A stretch of DNA of 64,000 nucleotides from Azolla caroliniana. Its lineage: Eukaryota; Plantae; Polypodiophyta. Where the stretch lies: NCBI GenBank assembly GCA_043228905.1, contig JBHGNT010000009.1:13888001-13952000 (forward strand), read 5' to 3'. A program made the position numbers and the translations under genes. Below the pieces are notes generated by a model. It did not search any database. It was not told the origin of the DNA and saw only the letters and a list, made by a program, of their open reading frames with translations. This document shows positions 1 through 12,525 of the stretch, piece after piece. Every line of letters starts with the position of its first letter. The first letter of the stretch is position 1.

Positions 1-1561
1 TTGGGGAAAGGAAGTCAGTGGTTCTTCCCAAGCTGGCAGGCTTCACAAATTTGTGCCTTCCGGCCACTAAATTTAGGCAATCCGAACACCACCTGTTTTG
101 ATTGCAGGTCCTGAAGCCATTGATAGTTGACGTGGCCTATCCGCTTGTGCCATAAGTCGATGTCCGACTCGACTTTTTGTCCCTTCGCGAACATTGCGGT
201 GCCACCGTTAGTAGAGTCGAGGATGAACATCCTCCCGTCTCTGCGCCCTTGCGCAATAACTCAGCCTTCTTCCTCAATGAAGCACCCGAGGTGTGTAAAC
301 TGAACCTACATCCCCTGGTCGACGATCGGCCCGACCGACACTAGATTCTTCGTGATTGTCAGGACGTGTAGCACATTCATAAGTTTCCCTTTCTACCCGA
401 CATGGCTCAAGGGAACTTCACCGACATTCGCGATCAGATGCGGAGTGTCGTCTCCGGTTACGACTACTCCTGGTTGCGTCGGTTTCTCAAGGTATGAGAA
501 CCATTCCTCATGGCACGTCATGTGGTTTGACGCGCCGGAGTCGACGTACCACACCTCCTCCGACTTCGGGGTGATCTGCTTCATTGAGTTTGCTTCGTGT
601 CTCGTCACGAAGACTGACCCTTTTCCGGCTTCTCCGGATCCTTCGGCGTAGTGCGATCGTTGCCGATTTCCTTTGTCGGTCTGTCTGGAACCTGTTCCAG
701 ACCTGGTTCTCTCCGACTCGGCGCACTTTTTCCAGCACTCACTCTCCATGTGGCCTTTCTTGCCACAGTACTAGCATTCCGCGGCGGATTTCCCTTGCCG
801 GTTCTCGTCGTCTCGACTCCCCCTGTTTCCGGAGGGTCCGGAGTTGTTGTCGGCATCACTTCGGTGCCTTCTTCCTTGATCCCATCGGCTGCCTCCATTG
901 CGTACCGACTCGCCTCGTCCGCCACAGCCACGGGGCCTCCTCCCTCCATGTACAACATCTTGCTATCGGCATGCGTGCTTGTCGACGCACCCGTGTGGTT
1001 CTCCTCTATAAGGAGCATCGACTATAAGTCGAAAAACGATGGCGTATTCTCCCGTGTACACACAACAGTTCGGAACGCTCCGAACTTTGACGCCAAACCC
1101 CCGAGATAGACCTGAACCATCTCGCTTTCCTCGATGTTCACATCGATGGAAGCTAAGGAGTCGCATATGTCCTTGATCTTCGAGGTATAGTCAACCACCG
1201 ACAAATCGCATTGTCGTAGGTTGCTCAACTCCTGTCGGAGCTGAAGATTCCTGGCTGTGGTGCTCGCGGCGAAGATCTTCTTCAGATTTTCCCACGCACC
1301 CTTCGGCATTTTTGCATCCCGAACATAGCTTAATAGTTGTTCGCCCACACAAGATGCGAAACAGTACAACACTCTACTCGCCGATTGTTCCCACGCCGAG
1401 AACTCTTTGTGTGTCGAATCGGGTGCTATGTCATTTGCTCCATCGACATGGCTCTAGTAACCGTGTCCAAGCAGGTACTGGTGCATCTTGTAAGACCATG
1501 ATGCGTAGTCGGTTCTGTCGAGCTTCTCCGTCGGAAGCGAGCTAGCCATTCCTCTGTCCAT
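1..1561 (-). pseudogene. gag-pol: copia gag-pol fragment (gag, zinc knuckle, protease, GAG-pre-integrase), disrupted
   Basis: ATG at 1561 (MDRGMASSL). Motifs WYVDSGASNHMT (protease) and LWHKRIGH...CEACQLGK are split across several ORFs by stops and frameshifts. Confidence 0.92.
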
Positions 1562-2134
1562 CAGTTTTCTTGTTCTTCTTCATTGATTTTTCCTTCAAGC
1601 AAAGTTGATTACAGAGTTTCTCAACCCTTACACTTTGATACCATGAAAAGAATGGCGTGCGGAAGCAATATAGGAAACTGAACAATAGAAAACGCAGGTT
1701 TAATGGAAAGCTGAGGTTTGCACAGTACGCACGGGAGAGATAGAGAGAGAGAGAGTAAACACAAGAACTTAATTCAAAAATAATACTCAATCTGTACATA
1801 GGATGTGCTTAGTGAGCACTTTTATACAAGCCCTGACAATCGGGTTGACACAAGTACTGACAATACTTGACTGCTCATAAATGAGCCTCGACACTCACTC
1901 CCAAAATTATTCCTTACGAGGAATATCTCTCTAACGGCCTTTCGGTTTACGCACCGATACGACCTCTCGTTACACACCGGTTTGCGTATCGTTTACGCAT
2001 CTGTTTTACGCACTGATATGACTATGTTATGCGTACCGATTTACGCATCAGTCCGGCCTAACCGATCGGTCCCAGCCGATCCGATTCCCAGCTTGCACAT
2101 CCGGTCCGGTCGATGTTGAGTTTGTCTCTCAACA
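1..2134 (-). mobile_element. Ty1/copia LTR retrotransposon, 5' part (subfamily B; runs off window start)
   Basis: LTR 1644-2134 (minus TGTTGAG...TTTTCA) followed by PBS TGGTATCAAAG at 1633-1643. The LTR resembles those of the element at 16336-22062. Confidence 0.93.
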
Positions 2135-2139
2135 CTAAT

Positions 2140-2182
<43 letters not shown>

Positions 2183-2680
2183 AGATGGATGTAGCTTTGT
2201 TGGTAAGGTTGCCTGATGGAGATTGGTCATGGGTAGAGAGGTGAGAAAATTGGGTTCCGAACCCAAGGTGTAGTGCTAGTAGTGTAAATGACTTACCACT
2301 AAGGTAAGCTAATTACGAGAGAGAGAGAGCGAGAGAGAGCGAGAGAGAGCTTTGTTAGTAAGATTGCCCAATGGAGAGTGGTCATGGGTTCAACCCCTAC
2401 ATTCCATAGCGGCATCTAGTGAAATAAGAGATATATATGGAGTAATTAATAGAGAGTTGAGAAACTAGGTTCCGAACCCAAGATGTAGTGCTAGTAGTGT
2501 AAATGACTTACCATTAGCCTAGATGGATGTAGCTCTGTTCGTAAGGTTGCCCAATGGAGACCAGACGGTCATGGGTTGAACCCTTGCATTCCACAATGGC
2601 ATCTAGTGAAATACGAGATATCTATGGAGTAATTAATAGAGAGTTGAGAAATTTGGGTTTCAAACCCAAGTGTTAATAGT
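2135..2680 (+). repeat. Degenerate tandem repeat with tRNA-like cores and (GA)n tracts; resumes at 8545-8623 after the copia insertion
   Basis: About three related units. The best core (2525-2593) has an A-box-like TAGCTCTGTTCG, a B-box-like GGTTGAACCC and pairing ends GGATGTA/TGCATTCC. Confidence 0.6.
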
Positions 2681-5600
2681 TGTTGAGCGGCAAGCTCAAC
2701 CGGAGCCGGATCGGCTGAATAAGCCGGAGCCGGTAAGCGAGACGGATCGGGCGAAACGGATCGGTATTACGGTGAGCAACCGAACCGGCAAGCAGTGGAG
2801 GCCGGGTGCAATCCGTAACCGGAAGTCCAATCGGAAGCCTAGCATAGGATAGACTACTAGGTAGCTATAGTCTCGTAGTAAGTGTTAGATGCTCGTGTGA
2901 GCATTGAAGTACATGGTACTTCTGTCAGTCCCAAGAGGACTTGTATAAATAGTGCTACTGAGCACAGTGTGTGTACAGAGTTTTGATATAATTTTCAAAT
3001 TGTGTTCTGCTCTCTCTGTCTCTCTGTCTCTCTCTCTCTGTCTCTCTCTCTGTGTTGTTCTCTGTTTACGCTTCCGCAAACACTTACGTTCACATGGTAT
3101 CAGAGCGCGAGGGTTGAGAACCTCTGCTGCAGACATTTACTCTTGAGAAGAAAACCCTAACAGGTCGAAAACAGACACAGTAGAAGACATGGATAGAGGC
3201 ATGGCTACGTCGCTCCCGGTGGAGAAGCTCGACAGGAGCAACTACGCATCCTGGTCTTACAAGATGCACCAGTACCTGCTTGGACACGGGTACTGGAGTT
3301 ATGTTGAAGGAGCGAATGATGCGGCCCCCGACTCGGCACATAAGGACTTCTTGGTATGGGAACAAGCGGCAAGTAGGGTGATGTACTGCTTCGTGTCCAG
3401 TGTCGGCGATCAGATGCTCAGCCACATCCATGACGCCAAGACACCGAAGGATGCTTGGGGGAACCTGAAAAAGGTTTTCGCCGCAAGCACCACTGTCCGA
3501 AAGCTGCAACTCAGACAGGAGTTGAGCAATGTTCGACAGAAGAACATGTCCGTGGCAGACTACACGGGCCGGATAAAGGAAATCTGCGACTCGCTCGCCT
3601 CTATCAATGTTACCGTAGAGGAAGATGAGATGGTGCAGGTATGTCTCGGAGGCCTGGCGTCCAAGTTCGGAGCGTTCCGGACTGCGGTGTGTACAAGGGA
3701 GAATACCCCCTCATTCTTCGACTTACAGTCGATGCTCCTTGTACAGGAGAACCACGCCGGTGCATCTACCAGTGCATCCCCGGACAACCAAATGCTGTAC
3801 ACGGGAACAGATCGGTTCCGTGGGCGTGGTGGAAGAGGTGGGTCGGCACGCAATGGAGGCGGCCGACAAGAGTAGGAACGGAGGCACTATGAACGTGCTG
3901 ACAGCAGAGCGGCCGACATCGTGCTGATTCGGACAAATCCGGATCCGGCAAGACCGGTAAGGATGGCCGGCAAAACTCGCACTATGCAAACGGATCAGGA
4001 GGATCCGGAACCGGAAAGACCGGTAAGGGGCCAGCCTTGGTGATGAATCACAAGGCAAACTCAATGAAGAAGACCACTTCCAAAACGGAGGAAGTGTGGT
4101 ATGTTGATTCCGGCGCGTCGAACCACATGACGAGCCACAAAGAGTGGTTCTCCTTTCTGGAGAAACCGGATCAACCAGGAGTAGTCGAAACCAGAGACGA
4201 CACTCCTCACCCAATCGTGCACGTCGGAGAAGTCCCTCTAAGCCACGTCGGACAGAAAGGGAAGCTGATGAACGTATTACACGTTCCGACGATCACGAAG
4301 AACTTGGTGTCCGTCGGTCAGATTGTCGACCAGGGGATGCAGGTGCGGTTTACGCACCTCGGGTGCTTCATTGAGGATGAAGGCGAAGTCATTGCGCAAG
4401 GGCGCAGAGACGGGAGGATGTTTATCCTCGACACCAATGACTTTGGCACCGCTCTGTTCGCGAAACGACAGAAGGTCGAGTCGGACATCGACCTGTGGCA
4501 CAAGCGGATAGGCCATGTCAACTACCGGAGGCTTCAAGATCTGCAAACAAAACAAGTCGTTTTCGGTTTGCCGAAGTTCAACGGCCGGAGAGCCGAAATT
4601 TGTGAAGCCTGCCAACTTGGGAAGCAACACCGGCTTCCATTCCCCACTGAACGGAACCAGAGCCGTAACAAGCTCGATCTCATCCATTCGGATGTGTGGG
4701 GACCGGCACAAAGTGTAAGCCTTGGCAGGAGCCGATACTTCGTCTCCTTCATCGACGACTATACTCGGCATACTTGGATCTACCTCATTGAGCGGAAGAG
4801 CGAAGTCTTCGACTGTTTCCGGAGCCTCTAGAAGATGGTGGAACGGGAATCAGAGAGGAAGATCAAATGCCTTCGGTCGGATGGCGGAAAGGAATATTTT
4901 TCCAGCCAATTCACTAGTTATCTGCAGCAGAAGGGAATTCGGTGAGAGTTCAGCTACAGATACACACCGGAGCAAACCGGTGTGGCTGAAAGGAAGAACC
5001 GGACACTCGTCGAAGCGGCGAGGGCAATGCTGGAGGAAAAGAGCATGCCCCGGTTCTACTGGGCGGAGGCGGTCCAGACGGCCGTCTACATACAAAACCA
5101 CATCGGTGACAAGGTGTCAGCTCATGATCTGTATTTCGGGCACAAGCCGAACTTAAGACACCTTCGGATATTCGGCAGCATAGCGTATGTTCATGTGCCG
5201 GATCAGAAGCGTAGAAAGCTGGATGCAAAATCGGAAAAATGCATCCTAGTCGGCTATGCTCAAGAGCAAAAGGGGTATAAGTGCTATAACCCCCGGACGA
5301 AGGAAGTCTGAGTTAGCCGGGATGTCGAGTTCGACGAATCGGCATCCTGGTACTCCGTACCGACTCCGACTTCCGATCCCGACCCAATGTCGGAAGATTA
5401 GGCCAGTGAGCCTGAATTAGCCCTGTCAGAGGATGATGAAGCCGAGACTCAAGATGCGAGTCCGGAATCGTTACGGTTGAGTGGACCGACCGAGCGACTG
5501 AGTCGGTTGGACCAGTCGGATGAAGAGACGGCAAGTGGTGGAGACTCTGCTGTGCTCTCCCCGCGCAAGGAACCAAGGAAACGGTTCACGCGCAAAGAGA

Positions 5601-8544
5601 AGGGGAAGAGGAAGATGCCGGAATTCGAAACCGGCAACGATGAGTCGGATCGGTGCGTATCTGACTCCGGAAAGGAGAAAGGCAGATCTTCGGCAACGAA
5701 GACCGAACTGGCCAAGAAAGGCCTCAAATCAGGTGACGGTGCGCTGCGCCGATCAACCCGCCAGAAGGATCACGTCATACGGTACGGGTACAATGAATAC
5801 ATGGCGCATCATTATGCGTACATGACTAAGGTAATAGAAGTGCGTGAGCCGGAGAGCTACGCAGAAGTGGCAAAGGACGCAAACTGGCGTGCCGCTATGG
5901 ACGAAGAAATGCGAGCACTCAATGCCAACAAAACTTGGGACCTAGTTGATCCTCCCCGTCACTGTAAACCGATCGGATGCAAGTGGGTGTACAAGGTCAA
6001 GTACAATGCCAACGGTTTTGTTAACCAATACAAAGCCCGGTTAGTGGCGAAGGGATACGCGCAGACCCACGGAATCGACTACGATGAGACCTTGGCTCCT
6101 GTGGCGAAGATGACGACGGTTCGTGTGGTACTAGCGGTTGCTGTGGCAAGGGGGTGGCATCTTCACCAGATGGATGTGAAGAACGCCTTCCTTCAAGGAG
6201 AGCTTGAAGAAGAAGTCTTTATGACTCAGCCCCCCGGATTTCAATCGGAGATGAACGAGTCGGCGGTATGCCGACTGAAGAAGTCGCTTTATGGCTTGAA
6301 GCAAGCCCCCCGAGCCTGGAACGCGAAGATCACGCACCGGTTGCGTAAGCTGGGGTTTGCTGTCTCTAAGTCGGACTCTTCATTGTTCATCCGGCAAGGC
6401 TCTGACGGTCCGGTATGTATACTCTTGTATGTGGATGATTTAGTCATCACCGGACCGGGTCTTCCCGAAATCAACCACGTCAAGTCCCAGTTGTCGGACG
6501 CATTCGAAATGAAGGACCTGGGGAACCTTCATTATTTTCTTGGAATCGAAGTGATCCGGACCCCCAACGGCATATTGCTCTCACAACAACATTACGTGTT
6601 GAATATGTTGTATAAGTTCGGCATGACGGATTGCCGACCTGTCTCCACACCCCTGGACCGGAACCAGAAGCTCCGTCCCAACTCCGAACCGGCTTGCAAT
6701 GAGAAACGGTTCCGACAGGTTGTGGGAAGCCTGATCTACTTAACCATCACCCGACCCGACATCAGCTATCCGGTCGGCATGGTAAGTCAGTTCATGCAGA
6801 AGCCGACCGTGGAGCACCTTCAGTGCGCGCAACGAATATTACGGTATGTCAGCGGCACTAAGGACCGGGGACTGCTATACTGGCGAGGTCTACCCGAAGA
6901 GCTTGTCGGTTACATAGATGCTGACTGGGCTGACGATGCGTCTGATTGCCGCTCCATTTCCGGATACATGTTCTCCATAGGTAGCGCGGTTGTTGCGTGG
7001 AGCAGCAAGAAGCAGCCCACAGTGGCTTTGTCAAGCACTGAGGCTGAGTACCGGGCCGCTACCGTTGCCACTTGTGAAGCCATCTGGCTTCGGCGACTGC
7101 TGCGAGACTTGCGGATCGTGGTACCGACCCCGATCCCGATTTACTACGACAACATGAGCAGCCTGCAGCTCGCCAGAAACCCTGTGTTCCATGCTCGCAC
7201 AAAGCACATCGAGGTGCACTACCACTTCGTGCGTGAGCGGGTCCTTAGCGGTGAAGTTGACCTACGCTATGTTCATACGGATCGGCAAGTTGCCGACATC
7301 TTCACCAAGCCGCTCGGGTCGGACAAGTTGCAACACTTTACCGACATGCTTGGTATTCAACATCTCGACGTGCCGCACTTGAGGGGGAGAAGCAGCCAGG
7401 GCAAAGTCTCTACCGAAACGGGCAAGGGCAAAGTCTCTACCGAAACGGGCAAAGGCCACAAAACTGTTGAACCCGTCGGTAAGAGGAGAGCCAGAAGAAG
7501 AGGAGACAAGAAGATGAAGGAAGCCGAGTCGACGAAGGAAGTCGACACATCCGAACAGGTCGGAGCAAGCGGTTGTGAAGAAGAGTTGTGCACTCAGGAA
7601 GAGAAGTGCATGCTGTGCGGAGGTCATCACGACGGTACTGACCATGATGCGGAGTCGAATGAAGAATTCGATTTCGGTTCACCGGCTGAAGAAGTTGAGG
7701 GAAGAATGGAGAAGGCCAAGACTCGGAAGTGGTCTGATGTGGTGAGAGGCCTGAAGCCGGAAGTCGAATCGGAGTGTACCGATTCGGACAAGAGCTGGAA
7801 CGAGTCGGAGACAGCTGACTCGGATCAACAGATGGATCTGGACGAGTCGGATCGTCTGAAGGCCAAGGGGACACGGACATAGCGGAAATCGATGCCATCG
7901 TGGGAGAACCGACGGATCGGCAAGCGACAGAATCACAACAGCGTGAGTGCTGAGATGGGCCTATTGAGCAGACATGCCGACCGGGAGGGTCGAGGCTCGT
8001 AGAACCAAAGGGGTCGCGGCAAATGGGACCGGACCGGACGAGGAGCGCGAGCAAGGCAGAGTGACGCCAGGAGAAGTCGGTTGGAAGAACCGACTGCCAC
8101 AGAGGTCAACACTACGACCCCACCTCAGGTTGAGCTTGAGGGGGAGTGTTGAGCGGCAAGCTCAACCGGAGCCGGATCGGCTAAATAAGCCAGAGCCGGT
8201 AAGCGAGACGGATCGGGCGAAACGGATCGGTATTACGGTGAGCAACCGAACCGGCAAGCAGTGGAGGCCGGGTGCAATCCGTAACCGGAAGTCCAATCAG
8301 AAGCCTAGCATAGGATAGACTACTAGGTAGCTATAGTCTCGTAGTAAGTGTCAGATGCTCGTGTGAGCATTGAAGTACATGGTACTTCTGTCAATCCCAA
8401 GAGGACTTGTATAAATAGTGCTATTGAGCACAGTGTGTGTACAGAGTTTTGATATAATTTTCAAATTGTGTTCTGCTCTCTCTGTCTCTCTCTCTCTTTG
8501 TGTGTTGTTCTCTGTTTACGCTTCCGCAAACACTTACGTTCACA
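2681..8544 (+). mobile_element. Full-length Ty1/copia LTR retrotransposon (subfamily A)
   Basis: LTRs 2681-3094 and 8147-8544 (TG...CA, nearly identical apart from CT-repeat length). TSD ATAGT at 2676-2680 and 8545-8549. PBS TGGTATCAGAGC at 3095-3106. PPT GAGGGGGAG at 8138-8146. Confidence 0.98.
3189..7882 (+). pseudogene. gag-pol: copia gag-PR-IN-RT-RNaseH polyprotein with premature stops and a C-terminal extension
   Basis: Motifs VDSGASNH, HSDVWGP, FIDD, KGYKCY, KARLVAKG, QMDVKNAFL, LYVDDL, RTKHIE and ADIFTKPL. Stops at 3873, 4829 and 5309, among others. The RT-RH ORF 5477-7882 is open. Confidence 0.96.
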
Positions 8545-8584
8545 ATAGTGTAAAGACTTACGAATAGGGTAAGCTAATTACGAT

Positions 8585-8626
<42 letters not shown>

Positions 8627-10250
8627 TTTTTGAAGAGGCCGAACTAACTTATAAGACCAAACAAGAGATTTCTTCAAAGGACCAATCCCAGGTGTCAAAG
8701 ATGGTGGTTGTGCTAATTACAATGGATAGGCCACAATGTTCAATAGATACAATGTGTTGCATTTGATGACATTCGAGTTTCCTTCCACACATTGTCAGAC
8801 CACTTCACTCCCTAGACACGTTCCTCTCAAAATCACAATTTGCACTCTCGATTGCAATATGTATATAAGTAGAATACTTTCTTCAACACCAAGAGCCACA
8901 ACTCAATTCCACACATATTATGTAAAAATGATTCACTTGTGGTTCCATAAGCCATATCTAGCCATCGAGGATGACAACAATCTCCTTCTCTTTCATAAAT
9001 AAGAATTGGTCTCCTGTGGACGTTAAAAAGATATCTATATCCAAGAAGACAAGCACCCTCTAAGTTATAAGTTTATCTTACATATACTTCGAGTTGGTGG
9101 GTTCACACTAATCCAATCTAATTGACATGTTCAACTAGTGTCCTACATACAATAATCTTCTAGCAAAGACCAATACACCATCTACATGTTGGTTATATAG
9201 GAGCCTAATTTACCATTTGACGCACATGCATTGTGATCCTTGATCCAACATCAATCCACGAATCACAATGAACAGTTTAGAATCAACCCACAATTCAACA
9301 CTTCCTCAACCTACATCAACCAACAATAGTGGCAAAAAATAGGTACCATGGACAACCTTTATAAATGCAATTATGATGTTGCTTAATGTATTTTTATTTG
9401 TTTGTCAATGTGTGCTTGGTCTTTGATGAAAGATCATATTCTACGTTAGTACGATCACTCTCTAATTAATAATCATTGTGGAGGTTAGATTTTGGCAAGT
9501 GTTATAGAAACATTACCAAGGGACAAAGGAAGAAGAGGAATGTGTCGGATTTTTTTGCTTGAAAATCCTAAACCCTAAACCCATAGTCTAGCATTCTTAT
9601 GTAAAATGTTGTCGAAAGAGGAATGTGCTGGATTTTTTTGCTTGAAAATCCAAGAACGGTGTGTGGAGATACACAAATTTGGGGAGAATTCGACGAAAAA
9701 TAAAATTTGGCCTATTGGAAAATTCATTGCGAGGGCCATGATGGAATTTTTGAAATGCAAATCCGACCATCGAGCGAAAAGTTACGAATGATCGAGATTT
9801 TTTCGAACAACTAGAGCCGAACCCGCGACACCGATTGAAGCCAACATCTTGTCCATCGGACGATGTCTGAAGTAGTGAGGGGGTCATATTAAAAATTTTA
9901 GTGATTAAATTCCTTGAAGAAAGGCCTCAAACTTTGATCTAAGGAAATTTTCCTGGAACACCACATGGCAAGGGCCCCTTTCTCGAGCCCTTTCCTTGAG
10001 CTTTGGGGAAAACTCGAGACTGGAGATTTCATCTCACTTGAGGAATCTTGTGAGTCAAGATTTCACCTCATTCAAGGAAAGCTCTAAACTTGAGCTTTCC
10101 TCTTATTTGAGGTAAGCTTGTGAGTTGGGCTTTCATCGCATTTGAGGAAAGTTCAAGACTCGAGCTTTTCATCTTGAGGTGAGGAGCTTCCTCAACCCTA
10201 CAATCATTATCGATACTCATGTGAAAACGCCACTTCCACCTGTTGACATT

Positions 10251-12093
10251 GTTTAAGAAGTTAGAAATTACGTTGAGCATGAGCTCCACGGATCATCCTC
10301 AATCTGATGGACAGATAGAATAAGTAAATCAAATTATTGAGGACATGCTTCGAGCATACGTTGGTGCAAAACCAACAAAATGGGAACGTTATCACCCAAT
10401 TTTGGAGTTTGCTTATAACAACTCCAAGCATACGTTGACGGGATATAGTACTTTTATGTTGATGTATGGTTTTCAGCCACAAGCCCTGATTGATGTTAAT
10501 ATACATCATGATGAGTTGCGAAGTACGTAAAACTTTCTTCGAGATATGCAAGATATGTTGCATATTGCACGAGATAATATAAAAACAGCTCAAGATAGAG
10601 TGCGCTTTTATGCAGATCATAATAGGCAACCTCGTGTATTCAACCTTGGACAGAAGGTATTTGTATGTGTACCTCACAATTCTAAGACATTGTCTATGGG
10701 TAAGTGTGCTAAGTTAGCCCCACGATTTTGTGGACCTTTTCAAGTCCTCAAACACATTCATTCATCAGCCTATCGTCTCGCTCTTCCAGATGGCATTGAA
10801 ATTCATCCAGTCTTTCATGTAAGTCGTCTAAAAGAACTTCTAGGTTCTGGCGACAATACAGGTACAACTGAAACTCTGGTTACTTTTGAAGAATTATCTT
10901 CTAAACCACATGTACCAGAAAGAATTCTCGATGTTAAAACAAAAAATCTACTTACTAAAATAATCCGAGAATTTAAAATTAAATGGATGGATAAATCTAT
11001 CAAAGATGCCACATGGGAATGCGAAAATACTCTTAGAACAAACTTCCCTAACTTTCCATTGCAAGAGTGCAATGTTTTAAAGAGGGGGAGTATATTACAG
11101 GCATGACCATATAATATCCCGTGGTGAGAATTTACTGTAGTATTCTTCTATACACGTGGATAAGTGTGAAGGTTAAACGAGAGTGTAAAGAAGGGAAGGA
11201 TTACTTTTAATCCTCAGGATTGAGACAACCCATTAGGCCAAGTGTGAACTTGCATGGGGGCCTTGGATATCGCTATAAATAAGAGGCCTAGCTACCCTCA
11301 TTTCATCATCTCTTGCCTACATCAAGATTGTGTTCTTGTGGTGGGTCAACTCTTATAGCGAGCGCGTTAGCACCAGGTACGACTCGACACCACGACGGTG
11401 GTATGGGACGCCAATTGAGGCTCGAGTTAGTCTTGATCCTTTCGCTCGGGGGTGGTCGGGTGGCCTTCTTTCTCTCTCTCCTTTCTTATTTCATATATGT
11501 TTTATGGTAGGAATAGTGCGGAATACTGCTCGGCCACAACCGAGTCTTGAATCACTTCGATAAGAGTGCAACATAGGGATGGGAATAGATGTACACACAA
11601 AAGAGAGTACACAAGATGTTTACGTGGAAAACCCGGAATGGGAAAAACCACAGGATCCCAAAGACTCCAACTATCACTACGAAGAAAAAAAGGTACAATC
11701 AGAGACTCAGAGGCAACGACCTCAAGCTCTGTTTCTTCGCCAACCGGCGGTTACAACAGAGTATTTCTCTGTATCTCACAATCGCTCTCTGTTGCTCTCT
11801 CTATACAACAATATGACAACACCCACTGCATCATACATAAAGTGATTGCCCTAAGTCATATTTATACTTATATGAGCTTAGGGCTATTTACAAATATAGC
11901 CTCAATAGGCTTACTAAAAAAACATATTTACATATATGTCTCTCTTCCGGTTCTCACCGGGTCTCCTCCGGTTTCCGGATCTCTTCGGGTTCTCACCGGG
12001 TCCTCTTCATTCATCACCGGATCCCATCCGAAGAGATTGATTTCCCAACATTTTATCCTTAGCATATGCTTACATTAGATCATAACTCTAACA
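10251..12093 (+). mobile_element. Ty3/gypsy chromovirus 3' fragment (IN C-terminus, chromodomain, PPT, 3' LTR 11093-12093)
   Basis: GPF/HPVFHVS motifs and chromodomain PERILD...KW...DATWE. PPT AGAGGGGGAG at 11081-11090. LTR homologous to 15102-15609 and 27352-27806. Confidence 0.92.
11505..12050 (-). mobile_element. Solo LTR nested in a gypsy LTR
   Basis: Minus TGTTGGGAAA...CCTACCA with TSD TTTTA at 11500-11504 and 12051-12055. The host LTR resumes afterwards. Homologous to the LTRs at 48355-49685. Confidence 0.9.
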
Positions 12094-12104
12094 TCGGTCC
12101 TCGC

Positions 12105-12525
12105 CGAGAGTTGAAACATGAACACCAACAGGCGTGAGCGACCACACAACCCTCACTGAGAACTGGAACACGAACTGACGTGAGCGACCATGCGGCCCTC
12201 ACCAAGAACTGAACATGAATGGGCGTGAGAGACCATGCAGCCCTCACCAAGAACTGGAACACGAACGGACATGAGCGACCATGTGTGGCCCTCATCGGGA
12301 ACTGGAACGTGAGCAACCATGTGCGGTCCTCATCGAAAACATGAATGGGCGTGAGCGACCATGCGGCCCTCACCGAGAATTGGAACACGAACGAACGTGA
12401 GCGACCATGCGGCCCTCACCGAGAACTGAACACGAACGGACGTGAGCGACCATGCGGCCCTCACCGGGAACTGAACGCGAACAGACGTGAGTGACCATGA
12501 GGCCCTCATCGAGAATTGGAACAAC
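12105..12525. repeat. Minisatellite, ~45-bp unit, ~9 copies
   Basis: Repeated AACTGGAACACGAACGGACGTGAGCGACCATGCGGCCCTCACCGAG with variants. Confidence 0.9.

Noticed and set aside
2525-2593. Functional tRNA gene
   Set aside because: The anticodon and D arms do not pair convincingly and the B box is mutated; treated as a tRNA-derived repeat.
8630-9480. Possible decayed coding exon on the minus strand
   Set aside because: Multiple stops and no motif I can assign; it needs a tBLASTx search.
12105-12525. Possible CRISPR array
   Set aside because: Head-to-tail minisatellite without unique spacers.
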